This document shows positions 29,101 through 42,965 of a DNA stretch of 64,000 nucleotides, piece by piece. The stretch's first letter is position 1. The number at the start of each line of letters is the position of its first letter. Made by a program: the position numbers and the translations under genes. Source of the stretch: Leptogorgia sarmentosa (Eukaryota); contig OZ210884.1 in assembly GCA_964658305.1 (NCBI GenBank), positions 6,200,001 to 6,264,000 on the forward strand, written 5' to 3'. The notes beneath the pieces are model-generated. The model saw nothing but the letters and a program-made list of their open reading frames with translations, ran no database searches and had not been told where the DNA came from.

Positions 29101-32100
29101 TTGATTATAAGATCATTCAGCATTTCGTATAAATTACATTCAAACTCCACATGCAGTATCCTTACTGTTTACCATTTCCTGTTTTATTACGCCATTTTTA
29201 TCCGCCTAATTCAGCGGATGTTTCAGTGAAAAGTACTCTAGTAAGGTTATTGGCATCATAAAGTTTGGGGAATTTTTTTGTGCATGGTAATAGCTCAGAA
29301 AGACATGAGCCAATCGGCACAGTTCACCAAATCAAACCCTTCTTTTGCAATCATATTTGTTTAGAAAAGATATTTTATTTCTCCTTTAGCTTCTTGGGTA
29401 AGAGTGCAAGGACAACTGCGACAATTGGATGTCAGTTCTTCCAATGTTTTTTGGGGTGTCAACAGTCAAGATTTTATATATTTTGGTGATGGAACAACAC
29501 GGCAACTGGTTTCCGGACGTCTTACTCATGTTTCTATTGGTGGTTCGGGCATTTGGGGGGTCAATGTGCACAACCAAACATTTTTTCGCCGAGGAGTTAC
29601 AGAAAGTATCCCGCAAGGAACAGACTGGTTATTCATTGACGGTGAGACAATATCTACGCAATATTAATTTAATGATATTTCTTTATCTCTTGCATTTAGA
29701 AATACCATATAGCAATTAAATAGTGGTATATACATTCAAATTTCGCCAATGAAAACACGGATTCGTATATTTATTTATAATGATAGGAGATATTCACAAA
29801 TGTTGAGGTCTATATTTACCAATATCACATGGAGTTCAACGGGATCAATTAACTATATTCTTTAAATTTACTTCTACTTTATATCTTACGTATGTTGAGG
29901 TGACACCCTGAAAGATAACATTGCTAGTTTCAAAATATATTTTTCTAGATAATTTCATGATACAGATAGATTCAGGTCCACCTGGAATAGTCTATGGTGT
30001 TACAACTGCAAACGATATAAAATGCAGAATCGGTTTCAGTCCTTTTTCGCCACATGGAACTGGTTGGAGAGACGTTCCTGGAACGATGAAATATGTTTCA
30101 TGTGGTCCATATGGATGTTGGGCTGTAAACTCGAATAATGCAATCTGGTTTCGTCATGGCGTAACTCCCGAAAAATGTGAAGGAAGTACCTGGACAAATG
30201 TAGTTGGGCAGTTAAAACAAATCGAGGTAAATTGTTAAGAAGTGGCCAATTGTTCTATGCATTGACGCTTGCTGCTTGGAGTAAACAGGACGAACGCAAT
30301 TACTAAATTTTTCATTTTGTTCTTCCTGTCATGCTCAAGATAGATCAATTTTTTTTTCTCTTTTGTAGGTAAACAGTATGGGACAAGTGTGTGGAGTCAA
30401 TACCGCCGGTGTATTATTTGTTCGTGATGGTATTACTGCCAGTAACCCAACCGGAACTATTTGGAGACTTTTAAACTCACCACGTTTTATTCATGTGTCA
30501 CCTGGAAGTGGTTCAATTTGGGGAATTGACTTTACGGATACTGTTTACTATTACATTGGTGAGTTATTTACAAATTAATTTCGTAAATAAAATAGTTTAG
30601 GAAACAGTCGTAATTGTGCTAATGAACAACTTACAAACGAAATGGCAAGAACCTTTTAAAGCACGAAATCCCATCGGTGCGTCAATGCTGAGTACAGCTG
30701 AGAGTTTTGGAAGATTTTTTAGCTCTACTTTTTTAAACTGTCTTGCTGTCGATGAAATTACAATACTTATCAAAATGTTATACCTTGTTCTTTTCCAATA
30801 AATAGACAGTTACAAAGTTAAACCAACTTTTTAGATTCTGATCAATGTAGAGAAGGAGCACACAATTGTCATCACAACGCTTCGTGTGCGAATAATTTGG
30901 GGAATTCTTTCACTTGCGTGTGCAATCCTGGTTACACAGGAAATGGTAGCTTTTGTGAAGGTTAGTTACGACGCGACAAATTTAACAGCACGCCCTGTAA
31001 ATCTCCTTAATGAACAGCGTATAACACTCAGCTGTATTTAATTGGTGAGATGACTTTGTGAGCTAAGGAAGTTTTTTCAGATCCTCAATTTAAACCTTTC
31101 AGATCTTGATGAATGTACAGCAGGAACACACAATTGCCATGATGACGCAACATGTAGCAATATAATGGGTTCTTACACTTGTCTCTGCAATCCAGGCTTC
31201 ACAGGGAATGGGACATTTTGTGAAGGTTAGCTATAACGTCTTACAAATCTGCACGAAATATAATATTTGTTTTTGGCGGTATTGGATTGAGCACGTGCTA
31301 CATACCTGCAATTTCTTTTTGTTTTCAACATGTAACGTTGTAAATGCCGAAGCATATTTTTCTAGAGCATCTTGATTATAAGATCATTCAGCATTTCGTA
31401 TAAATTACATTCAAACTCCACATGCAGTATCCTTACTGTTTACCATTTCCTGTTTTATTACGCCATTTTTATCCGCCTAATTCAGCGGATGTTTCAGTGA
31501 AAAGTACTCTAGTAAGGTTATTGGCATCATAAAGTTTGGGGAATTTTTTTGTGCATGGTAATAGCTCAGAAAGACATGAGCCAATCGGAACAGTTCACCA
31601 AATCAAACCCTTCTTTTGCAATCATATTTGTTTAGAAAAGATATTTTATTTCTCCTTTAGCTTCTTGGATAATAGTGCAAGGACAACTGCGACAATTGGA
31701 TGTCAGTTCTTCCAATGTTTTTTGGGGTGTCGACAGCGAAGATCTTATATATTTTGGTGATGGAACAACACGGCAACTGGTTTCCGGACGTCTTACTCAT
31801 GTTTCTATTGGTGGTTCGGGCATTTGGGGGGTCAATGTGCACAACCAAACATTTTTTCGCCGAGGAGTTACAGAAAGTATCCCGCAAGGAACAGACTGGT
31901 TATTCATTGACGGTGAGACAATCTCTACGTAATATTAATTTAATGATATTTCTTTATCTCTTGCATTTAGAAATACCATATAGCAATTAAATAGTGGTAT
32001 ATACATTCAAATTTCGCCAATGAAAACACGGATTCGTATATTTATTTACAATGATAGGAGATATTCACAAATGCTGAGGTCCATGTTTACCAATATCACA

Positions 32101-35100
32101 TGGAGTTCCACGGGATCAATTAACTATATTCTTTAAATTTACTTCTACTTTATATCTTAGGCTGAGATAACACTCTCAAAGATAACACTACTAGTTTCAA
32201 AATAAATTTTCTAGATAATTTCATGATACAGATAGATTCTGGTCCACCTGGAATAGTCTATGGTGTTACAACTAAAAACGATTTAAAATGCAGAATCGGT
32301 TTCAGTATTTCTTCGCCACATGGAACTGGTTGGAGAGACGTTCCTGGAACGATGAAATATGTTTCATGTGGTCCACATGGATGTTGGGCTGTAAGCTCGA
32401 ATAATACAATCTGGTTTCGTCATGGCGTAACTCCCGAAAAATGTGAAGGAGGTACTTGGACAAATGTAGTTGGGCAGTTAAAACAAATCGAGGTAAATTG
32501 TGAAGGAGTGGCCAATTGTTCTATGCATTAACGCTGGCTGCTTGGAGTAAACAGGACGAACGCAATTACTAATCTTTTCTTTTCGTTCTTCCTGTCATGC
32601 ATGGTCAAGATAGAAAATCGATTCTTTTTTCTCTTTTGTAGGTAAACAGTATGGGACAAGTGTGTGGAGTCAATACCGCCGGTGTATTATTTGTTCGTGA
32701 TGGTATTACTGCCAGTAACCCAACCGGAACTATTTGGAGACTTTTAAACTCACCACGTTTTATTCATGTGTCAGCTGGAAGTGGTTCAATTTGGGGAATT
32801 GACTTTACGAATACTGTTTACTATTACATTGGTGAGTTATTTACAAATTAATTTCGTAAATTAAATATTTTAGGAAACAGTCGTAGTTAATTGTGCTAAT
32901 GAACAACTTACGAACGAAATCGCAAGAAACTTTTAAAGCAGGAATTCCCATCGGTACGTGAATGCTGAGTGCAGCTGAGAGTTTTGGAAGATTTCTTAGC
33001 GCTACTTTTTTAAACTTTCTTGCTGTCGTTGAAATTACAAAACTTATCAAAATGTTATACCTTGTTCTTTTCCAATAAATAGACAGTTACAAAGTTAAAC
33101 CAACTTTTTAGATTCTGATCAATGTAGAGAAGGAGCACACAATTGTCATCACAACGCTTCCTGTGCGAATAATTTGGGGAATTCTTTCACTTGCGTGTGC
33201 AATCCTGGTTACACAGGAAATGGGAGCTTTTGTGAAGGTTAGTTACGACGCGACAAATTTAACAGCACGCCCTGTAAATCTCCTTAATGAACAGCGTATA
33301 ACACTCAGCTGTATTTAATTGGTGAGATGACTTTGTGAGCTAAGGAAGTTTTTTTTCTCCTTCTAAAAATTATCATTGTGGCTGTATATATTCTGGGAAC
33401 CCGAGGCTTCTAATAATACTTTATTAACCATCACACCAATCATCTTTTGCTCCGTTTTGTGTCTCTTCAATTTAAAACATCCAATTTTTTCTATGACGTT
33501 TATTGTGTTCGGTTTCAGATCCTCCATTTAAACCTTTCAGATCTTGATGAATGTACAGCAGGAACACACAATTGCCATAATGACGCAACATGTAGCAATA
33601 TAATGGGTTCTTATACTTGTCTCTGCAATCCAGGCTTCACAGGGAATGCGACTTTTTGCGAAGGCTAGTGATTTTTATGCTCAAAAGACTGCAGAAAAAG
33701 CTTGGTGTAAAATAGGAAAGAAAATTGCTGAAACCATTGAAACTGTGATTTCGTTTTTTCTAGTTTATTGTCTAAACGTTATTTTCACATTTTTTTCTTA
33801 CCATTTTATAGATCTTGATGAATGCACTGATGGTACACACAATTGTCACAATATATTTGCAACATGTCAAAACAGAGTTGGTTCATTTGAATGTAGTTGC
33901 AATGACGGATTTTCTGGAGATGGTGTTAGTTGCGAAGGTAAGTAACGAAATAATGTTCAATCAGGCTTTTGAGTTAATTTCGTCTGTGATCTAAGTTTAT
34001 ATTTATCTCTTAGTCCATTAGGTTATTTGGAATAAAGTGAAAAATTACTTTAAATTAGCCATTTTTGTTTCTACGTGTAAATCACCAAGTGACGTTTATA
34101 CTGGAAAATGCTAAATTACTATAAAGGCTGCTGTATAGCCTTAGAATAAAGGAAGGAGTCAAGGAGAACATGTACATTTACTTTCCCTTATAATATGATT
34201 GTCATTATTTATTAGTTCATTATCAAATGTGGTTTTTACGGCGGTTTACACTTACTTTTTATAGATCTTGATGAATGCACTGATGGTACACACAATTGTC
34301 ACAATACATTTGCAACATGTCAAAACAGAGTTGGTTCATTTGAATGTAGTTGCAATGACGGATTTTCTGGAGATGGTGTTAATTGCGAAGGTAGGTAGCA
34401 ACAAATTAATGTTCAATGCATGCTGTTGAGTTAATTTCGTCTGTGATGTAATTACTAATTATAGTTCATTATCAAATGTGGTTTTTACGGTTTACACTTA
34501 CTTTTTATAGATATTGATGAATGCACTGATGGTACACACAATTGTCACAATACATTTGCAACATGTCAAAACAGAGTTGGTTCATTTGAGTGTAGTTGCA
34601 ATGACGGATTTTCTGGCGATGGTGTTAATTGCGAAGGTAGGTAGCAACAAATTAATGTTCAATGCAAGCTGTTGAGTTCATCTGCCCTGTGATCTAAGTT
34701 TATATTTATCTCTTAGCCCATTAGGTTATTTATAATAAGGTGAAAATATGATTTATCGTCGTTTAATTAATGGTAAAAACACATTATTTTCACGATTGAG
34801 TGTTATACATAATTATATGCAATTTAAACCTTTCAGATCTTGATGAATGTACAGAAGGAACACGCAATTGCCATGACGACGCAACATGTACCAATATAAT
34901 CGGTTCTTACTTCTGCACCTGCAATCCTGGCTTCACAGGGAATGCGACTTTTTGCGAAGGTTAGTGATTTTTATACTCAAAAGTTGGTGCAAAATAGGAA
35001 GGAAAATTGCTGAAACCATTGAAACTGTGATTTCGTTTTTTCATAAGTTTATTGTCTAAACGTTATTTTCACATTTTTTCTTACCATTTTATAGATCTTG

Positions 35101-38100
35101 ATGAATGCACTGATGGTACACACAATTGTCACAATACATTTGCAACATGTCAAAACAGAGTTGGTTCATTTGAGTGTAGTTGCAATGACGGATTTTCTGG
35201 TGATGGTGTTAATTGCGAAGGTAAATAAAAGCATCATTCAATAAAACTAAAACAATCATTCCCAAGCTGTTTGACCATTCATCTTAACCAACCTGGCTTA
35301 ATGCCCGATCTCTTTTTAGTATTCGTTATACAATAGCTAGTGATTTAATAATTATTATGCATGTTATGTATTTGTACTTGCCCCGGACCTAAAAATCAGA
35401 CCTAAACTTGTCATTTCGTCCTCTGACAGCAAGCGCCAATACGATTTACGTAGTGCTAACAAATCAATGGTTGAGATTCTAAGTATCACTTGCGTATTTC
35501 TATGCCAAGGATTAATGTTAACATGTCGTTATAGACATTGATGAATGTATCAGCGTTCAGGATAACGATTGTGCGGCAGACGCTATATGTGATAATCAAA
35601 TTGGAACCTATCAGTGTGTTTGTAGAAATGGTTATCAAGGCGATGGAAAAACTTGTGGTGAGCGTGTGTATTTTGCATGGAAAAGAAACTAAAAACAAGT
35701 TATTTTAGAACGTAAATGGTGATTTGAAGACAAATTGGACTTGAATATTAAAAAAAAGCGAATCATATTGAACATTTCTTCCAGCAATCCAGATATCGTC
35801 TCCTCTTTTTTGTAGACGATATAAATGAATGTTCAGATCCACCGGTAAAATGTGTGGGTGAAGGTCAAGGATGTACAAATTTCCCTGGGACATACCAGTG
35901 TTACTGTACCAGCGCCGGAGAGTATCTCAATGACGATGGATCCGAGTGCCTTGGTATGTATGGGCATAAAGTAATCACATGCAGGGGTCTAACTGCATGC
36001 GTGCATCTGATTGGATGACGACCAAATTTGAACTTGCCGAGCATGCGTAGTTGATCTTTTTTTGCCAGCCCGCATTAAAAAAGTGGGTGCATAAAATGCC
36101 ACTTTTTAATATTTAGTTAGACCTCTGTCTGATATACACTCTGTGGTATAGGTGATTCCGAATTTACGCTCTACAATAAAAATACAATCCTTTCTCCTCC
36201 GTTAAAATTACTGTGTTTTAGCGGTTTAGCCCAATGATGATGAGCTAAAACTAGAATTTAACTGGGCAAATGATCATTTTAATTTGGTCCGCCAATTTTG
36301 AAGTCTGAAGTGAGATTCAACTGCAATCTATTCTTATTTACTATAAGTCTATAATTTCATTTCCCTAACACGCATGTATTATTCATTTAATATCTTCTTA
36401 GGTGCGACTGCGTCTGTGCAAGGGCAATTATCAATACAACAACCGTTTTTACCGGAATATTCTGATCCAACGAGTCTGCAATACTATCAATTTACTCAAA
36501 GGATAATAACGGAGGTACAACCTTTCCTAATTTGTAAAAAGCATATACCGCGTCGAAGGAATTGAACTTATTATTATTTTTGTGTTTAGTATACTTTTGA
36601 TTTATCTCTATTTTCCGTATTTTTATATATTTACTAACAACTTAAGTGCGTCTACTACGACGAACTAACTTTCAAGTTCGTGTCTTACTAAGCGAACTTA
36701 AGTTTGGTAGTTCTTCCAGACGAATTGTCCATCTCTACTCTCTAGGTATAAACACAGCCATTGTTTAGTTGTTGCCCGTCGGGCAACATTGCATTTAATT
36801 AGGGTCATGTGACCACAAATTGGCCAATCACAATTACCATTGCTGTATATAACAATTTTGTTTGTTTTTGTAGCTGGTTAATCTCTGTTTGGCTTCTCCA
36901 ATATTGCGGCTTATCTTTGAGAAAATCATTATTTTAGGGCTAACGTGAGTATTGTCTGACGCTCCGCCTATAAGTTTCGTAAAGCTTCATCTATTAGCTT
37001 ATATATTACTAGATTTCTATCGCAGTAGCTAGGTAATAGTTTCATTTGAGGACCACAGGTTTGTCAATTCATTGTAAGGTGCTCGCGAAATATAGTTTTT
37101 ATCTTATCATAATGAATTACAACCATATGGATCATCGGGATAATTTTCATTTCATTTTAATCAATTTCTTATTTCTCCCATATTTTCAGTGAAGGATCGA
37201 TCATAGTCGATTTTCAGTTAATATTGAACGACACAACTGGAGCAGACACTAACGTTGTGACAAATGAGTTCGTGCGCTCTGCGAATATGACAAGTAACAG
37301 CACATTTTTGGGGAGTAGTCAATTCAATTTTCGAGGTAACTAATCTATGACATGCTCAATACACGTCACCAGTACTTTATTATTATACAAGGTATCTGGT
37401 TCAGTGCTAGGCTAAGACTGGGTTAAAATTTAACCATTTGTGCGTTTCCGCACGTTTGTTTACTGTTACGCCTGAATGTGAAACGCTCCCAACCTTATGC
37501 CCAGGCTCTTGATCCTCGCTCCTTGATCTTTCCGTAGCGGGGAGCGAGGATCAAGATCCTGGGTACGAGGTTGAAACGCACCTGGGATTCAAACTTCTGC
37601 TGATATTCCGCAGAGAGATATCATGATAACTGTAGAGAAAAATTTGAAATATGGTTAGAATTTAGTTTGTCGAATCTATACGAACTAAATTATACGAATA
37701 AATAGAAATTCGTATTTACATGCGCGCACATCACATTGTGCATCTAATTACATCATACAACCAGTCAATTGCATTTCCTGGCCAATGCGAGCGCTGAACT
37801 AGCTGCTTGTAGCAAGATTTTTTTCAGATCATGTACATAAATACACTAAAATGGTTCTGTTATACTCTCTTAGATTTCGATGAGTGCAACCCGGGTGAAA
37901 ATATCAGCACACCATGTGGTAACAATGCGACATGTGTGAACACAATGGCGAGTTATGAATGCGTGTGTAATGAGGGATTTGTCAAGAATCACTCCAGTTG
38001 TATACGTAAGTATCTCAACATACCCTGATAATACAAGGGATAAAGAAATATGTTGTATAATTATTGAAAATAGGACAAGATTAGGGTCAAGAGACACTAA

Positions 38101-39890
38101 CAAAATCACGGCAAGAAATCCTGTTTGTAGGCTTTGTTGGGAATATAATCTAAGGGAAGTTGGAAATCAAAGCAAAGTTGGAAATCAAAGCAAAGTTAAA
38201 CTGATGTTACACTGGCCGATTTTCAACGACGATTCGCAATGCAAAAGAAGTTGCATGAGATTTGATTGGCTTGGCAGCCGTTGCCGTGCGAATTGTAAAT
38301 CATTCCGTGTAACATCAGCTTTAATTGGAATAAAAAATGAGAAGGCGTATTTCATGATAATAAATACAGAAAATCTCGCCATCAAATGACCAGTCGGTCC
38401 CATACCACTCCTTCCCCTTCCCCTCTCTCCTGAACTAAGGGAAGTGCCGCATGTGGGAAAGAGGTTGTTTTTTGGGCATTATCAATTTTTTAATCTACTT
38501 TACGTTTTCTTTTGTTAGTTTCCCTGGAACCTGGTAAGTATCCTTCGGATGCCGTTCTTTAAAACTCTTATCAATATTTATACAGCATGAGCATTTTTCT
38601 TCAGTACGAAACTGTTATTGATGAAATAGCTGTAAATAATGATAATAAATAGCTGTAAATTATTTCTTCAATAACACAAAATTAATCGTAACAATCTGGT
38701 TAAGTTGGGAAAAAGAGCCGGAAACGAAAGTTTTAACCTGGCACGTGCGTGATTATTCGATTATACTCAGGAATACCCTCAATGCAAAATCAAAGTTCAA
38801 AATACGCGCGTGTTATACCAATTCGCTATTTATTCATTAATAAAACGTTCGTCCGATCCAGATAAATTGAATAAATATTTCATGTTTTATTCATAATCTC
38901 ATCCAATCTATGTAGACTCACAAAATATTTATCTTTTAATAAATTTACTGACAGACTTGCTATATCTTTACCACAGCCATCAACAAACGTGAATTCGACG
39001 AAATCAGATATCTACTCAGCGCAGTTGTTGGTTGGCTAACTCTGTGTTTTCTCATCACCTTCATCTTGATCGTCGTTGCTTCATTCAGGTAAGGTCAAGG
39101 TGGGGATGTCAGAGCCACAGGTGAAGGTGTACCCATTGCCCTTTGTAATTACAAACCTCCGGCGGCGAATGCGAGATTGATATCTGTTTGAAAACAAGCA
39201 TTTTGAATTAGATCCATTAATGATTGCTTTCAAAATAGGCCACGTATCATCATTACAGCACCTTATTGATTCTCAGTTTTCTCGTAAATGCGTTCTGAAT
39301 AAATTCCTATATTATTCGAATCCCGTTTGGGTTTTTTTGTGACCTTCTCATTCTCAAAAATTCCATAACTTTTCGATACGAAGGTGGACACGTTGCCACC
39401 AGCCACTTCCAGTATCTTTGGATCCAGCCTCCGGCCACTCCCGTTATCTTTGGATCCAGGTGTTCGAGACATGCCTTACTTAGTGAAATATGACTTGTAA
39501 ACAAGAAAAATTCTTTGTCAGACAACATGATGGTAGAAAAGATTACAAAATACTAGTTTTGTTCTTTTAATTTGCATAACGAAAATTCATAATATTATTT
39601 ACAAGAATTTCAAGACCCCTACTCTATCCCAAAATATTAAGGTGAATTCAATATAATTCATTTTTGGACTATACATTATTCTATTACCTGGATATACCTT
39701 TAAATATTATTACACATTAAATATTTTAATTGTTTATAGTTTACTTGAAAGCAAGGCAGCATATTCTGTCAAATATGGAAGACAAATAAGATTCAGACCT
39801 CGTGCCCTTACTGTACCTGGCAAGACAACTAACCCAGTTATGGGTTATTACTATTCTAACAAAGTAACCTGCAAAAATACACAAATGTAA
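14167..39890 (+). CDS. Giant type I membrane protein, ~3,140 aa: signal peptide, 8 x (tectonin/tachylectin-like propeller + 2 Ca-binding-type EGF), 7 EGF, SEA, EGF, TM, cytoplasmic tail
   Basis: Signal exon 14167-14221 ([19 protein letters not shown]). Unit 1 exons: 14801-15052, 15358-15635, 15781-15970, 16247-16372, 16676-16798 (969 nt), repeated 8 times; tectonin-type motifs W..V.GQLKQI, VWGVN, R.GVT...P.GT.W. EGF exons (D[LI][DN]EC...): 33812-33937, 34265-34390, 34511-34636, 34837-34959, 35095-35220, 35535-35657, 35816-35953. SEA exons 36402-36514, 36874-36944, 37190-37335 (EGSIIVDF). EGF 37874-38005, microexon 38519-38533, TM exon 38977-39088, last exon 39740-39890, AATAAA at 39951. Exon phases are consistent throughout. 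Confidence 0.85.
14740..33663 (+). repeat. Intragenic tandem array of 8 units of ~2.43 kb (exons plus introns)
   Basis: Equivalent ORFs start at 14815, 17248, 19678, 22110, 24541, 26973, 29404 and 31675. Periods are 2430-2433 bp, except the last (2271 bp), which reflects an ~160-bp intron deletion near 31078. Confidence 0.97.
37490..37573. mobile_element. Small palindromic MITE in an intron; related fragment at ~53798-53831
   Basis: caaccttatgcccaggctcttgatcctcgctcc ... ggagcgaggatcaagatcctgggtacgaggttg, flanked by aaacgc(t/a)cc. Confidence 0.65.
38198..38323. mobile_element. MITE; inverted second copy at ~40900-41032
   Basis: TIRs ctgatgttacac / gtgtaacatcag at both loci. The ORF track shows the shared [16 protein letters not shown] translation on opposite strands. 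Confidence 0.75.
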
Positions 39891-42800
39891 CCACGTAAAT
39901 AAGTAACCTACAAAAATACACAAATGTAACCACGTAAAATAATTCATTGTAATAAAAAAGACGGCGAATGTAGCTAGCTACATTTTAGCACAATGTAGAC
40001 AAGGTCATGTAAAAAAGCTGCGGGTATACGCGGGTACAACCCGTGCATGGGAAGGTTTGAAGTCACTAAGGAAGGTTTCAGCAGAATAGTGCTAAATCTG
40101 TAGAAACTTGGAATAAGAATTAGCCAATTATATATTTTGCAATTTGAAAGCCAACTATATTCTGGTTGAAATTCTGGTCATTTTTTATTATTTTTTAAAA
40201 AATTCCCTCACAGACGTACTAAGATTTTGCTAAGATTTGTTACCTAGCAACGGTGACCTCCCAGAACCAACTTACTGGCAAAACAACAAGAACTTGGACG
40301 TGTTAATTGAGCACGTGCGTTATTTATGCTTTCCTTTGGTGCGACTCGACCCACGTTTTTGGTTTGTTTAATTTGAGGTACGTATAGTAGAAAAAACGTA
40401 TAAGCAGCAACCTGCACTGGCCACATATTTAAGTTTTATATATTTTATATTCTATCCTTCTGTCGTCAGTCTTAGCAGTGTATTTAGATTTCGAAATGAA
40501 AAGAATTTTACTAAATTGAGACTTAATTGGTTGTAGCTTCACGAATCATGCACGAATAGCATGAGAGCTAGGCAGTAAGGTCTCAAAATCAGTTACATAT
40601 TATTCTCAGTGGCGCCAATGGTTATTCTTGAATATAAAAATTCCTTTATTGTGTCAACTGTGTCGAATGGTCCATTGAGCCCGCCGCACACGAGCGCACC
40701 TGTAGCGCGTTATTCGTGACGTAAGTTGGATCGACAAAATTTCCTTGTGCTTTCTTATTTTAAAAGATTGAAAATTTCGACAGTTTGCGAGTGGTTATAT
40801 GTCTTATATGTCTGCATGCGGTATGGAGGTCACAACCTCTGAAATTGAGCGCAATCAATCGACGCATTACGGACCAAATCTTGATCTTTTTTTGTCTGTT
40901 AAGCTGATGTTACACGAAATGATTTTTAACGATAGTTTGCACCGCAACGGGCTGCTTAACCAATCACATCTCTTGCAACTTAATTTGCATTGTGAATCGT
41001 CGTTGAAAATCGGCCAGTGTAACATCAGCTTTATATGATAATCTATGTTCACTGGGCTTTTTACAAATTTTGAAAGTTTTTTACCGACTGCTTATAAGAA
41101 AGGTTTTATTTTTTCTCTGTTGTTTCGGTATTTCAACATCTACACTTTCGATATCGGAAACAAACATTTCATATTTTTGTATATTAGATTACATACTAAC
41201 ATACATCTTAGTTAAAACATTCGTAAACATGTGTATATGTACATGGCCTAATTTGTTTTTCTACGTTCTCGATCTAATATACTTTTCAAAAGATTTTTTT
41301 CAACATTGTAATTGTCTATCTCGCTTTCTGTTATACTTGATCATGATCACATAGGAAAACATTTACGTAAAATAAAAAATGGCGATAATATTGGATGTTT
41401 GTCCAAGTAAAGAGTCAAAATCAATATTGGTTGAAATTCCGGTCATTTTTCATTATTATTTGAAAATTTTCTGTAACGTTTATTGAATACACAACAACAG
41501 TCTTTATAGCTCCTAACAAGAACAACAGCACATGTATTTCGAGCGTTCTGATTGGTCACTCAATTATGCCTAATAACGTCACAATTTCCTCACAGACGTA
41601 CTACGATTTGGCGATTTTACAATCTTTCTTGCCTGTTACCTAACAACGGTGACCTCACCAGAACCAACTTCCGGACGTTAGTTATGCTCTAGTACTCTTC
41701 TGTGAAACTGTCACAACATTCATCACGACATTCCTCACACATTCTTCAGCAGATCCACAGTAGTTATTTATGCTTTCCTTTGGTGTGATGGACCCACGTT
41801 ATTGGTTAGTTTAAAGGTACGTAGCTATAGTAGCAGAAACATATAAACAGCAACCTACACTGGTCACATATTTGAGTTATATATTTTATATTCCTTCTGT
41901 CGTCAGTATTGTATTTAGGTTTCAGAATGCAGAGGCCACGTAAGATCAATAATTGGGGGGGGGGGTCATATTCATATATTCGTGTTCAAAGACATTGAAA
42001 ACAATTTATTTCAAAGGAAATCAGTAATGCATGAATATTAAGCCCCCAATTATCGATCTTCCGCGACCACTGGAATGAAAAGAATTTTACTAAATTGAGA
42101 CTTAATTGGTTGTAGCTTCACGAATCATGCACGAAAACTGTCAATAGTCACAGCAATAATAGCATGATAGCTAGGCAGTAAGATCTCAAAATCAGTTACA
42201 TATACGTACTATTTATTCTCAATGGCGAAACTAGAGCGTTATAATTGGGGGAGTGGGCTATATTCATATATTAATGTTCTGCCCGACTGATTTCTTTTCA
42301 AATTTTAGCTGATTTCAAAATAAATCCATCGGGGGGAACACGAAATATTAATATATCCCCCCCCCCCCGATTAAGAGATTTCACTGAAGAGTTTTCTTTG
42401 TACAGTTCTTGAGAGCGCGTATTTTGCGATATATGTGAATTTGCGTCTTCGTTGCTCCGCTTCTGCGATTTTTCGAGTAATATAGCACCTCTCGGAACGG
42501 CTTTTCTGATTGGCTGTTGCCTACCAATCACATTGTTTTGCATATTATTACTTCCACCTCCTTTGTCTTTAGGGTCAGGGTTATTGTTTGGGTTGGCTAA
42601 CCTAAGCCAATCAGAAAACTTCTTCCGAGAGGTGCTACAATGCCCGATTTTTCTACCTACATAATTCACGCTAAAATCTTACAAAATTTTTTTCAAATGC
42701 GTAATAGTCTAAAGAACAATGACTTTTGAGATTCTGAGTAATTTCACATTTTGGACTGAGATACCCGGTCTCTCGTTTCAGATTCTGAATTTGAACATGA

Positions 42801-42965
42801 ATTAATCTGAAAGAGTGAAAGTTGAATCTGGAACGGTAGATCCTCTCGTAGTTACGCCAATGGTTGTTCTTGAACATAAAAATTCCTTTATTGTGTACTG
42901 TCGACTGTATCGAATGCAAGGGTGAGTGAGTTAAAATATTTTTCTCAATGTAGATCGTCGGTTCG

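Noticed and set aside
14797..33050. Recurrent short ORFs such as [19 protein letters not shown] and MSVLPMFF
   Set aside because: They are intronic, antisense or alternative-frame readings that recur only because the unit is duplicated.
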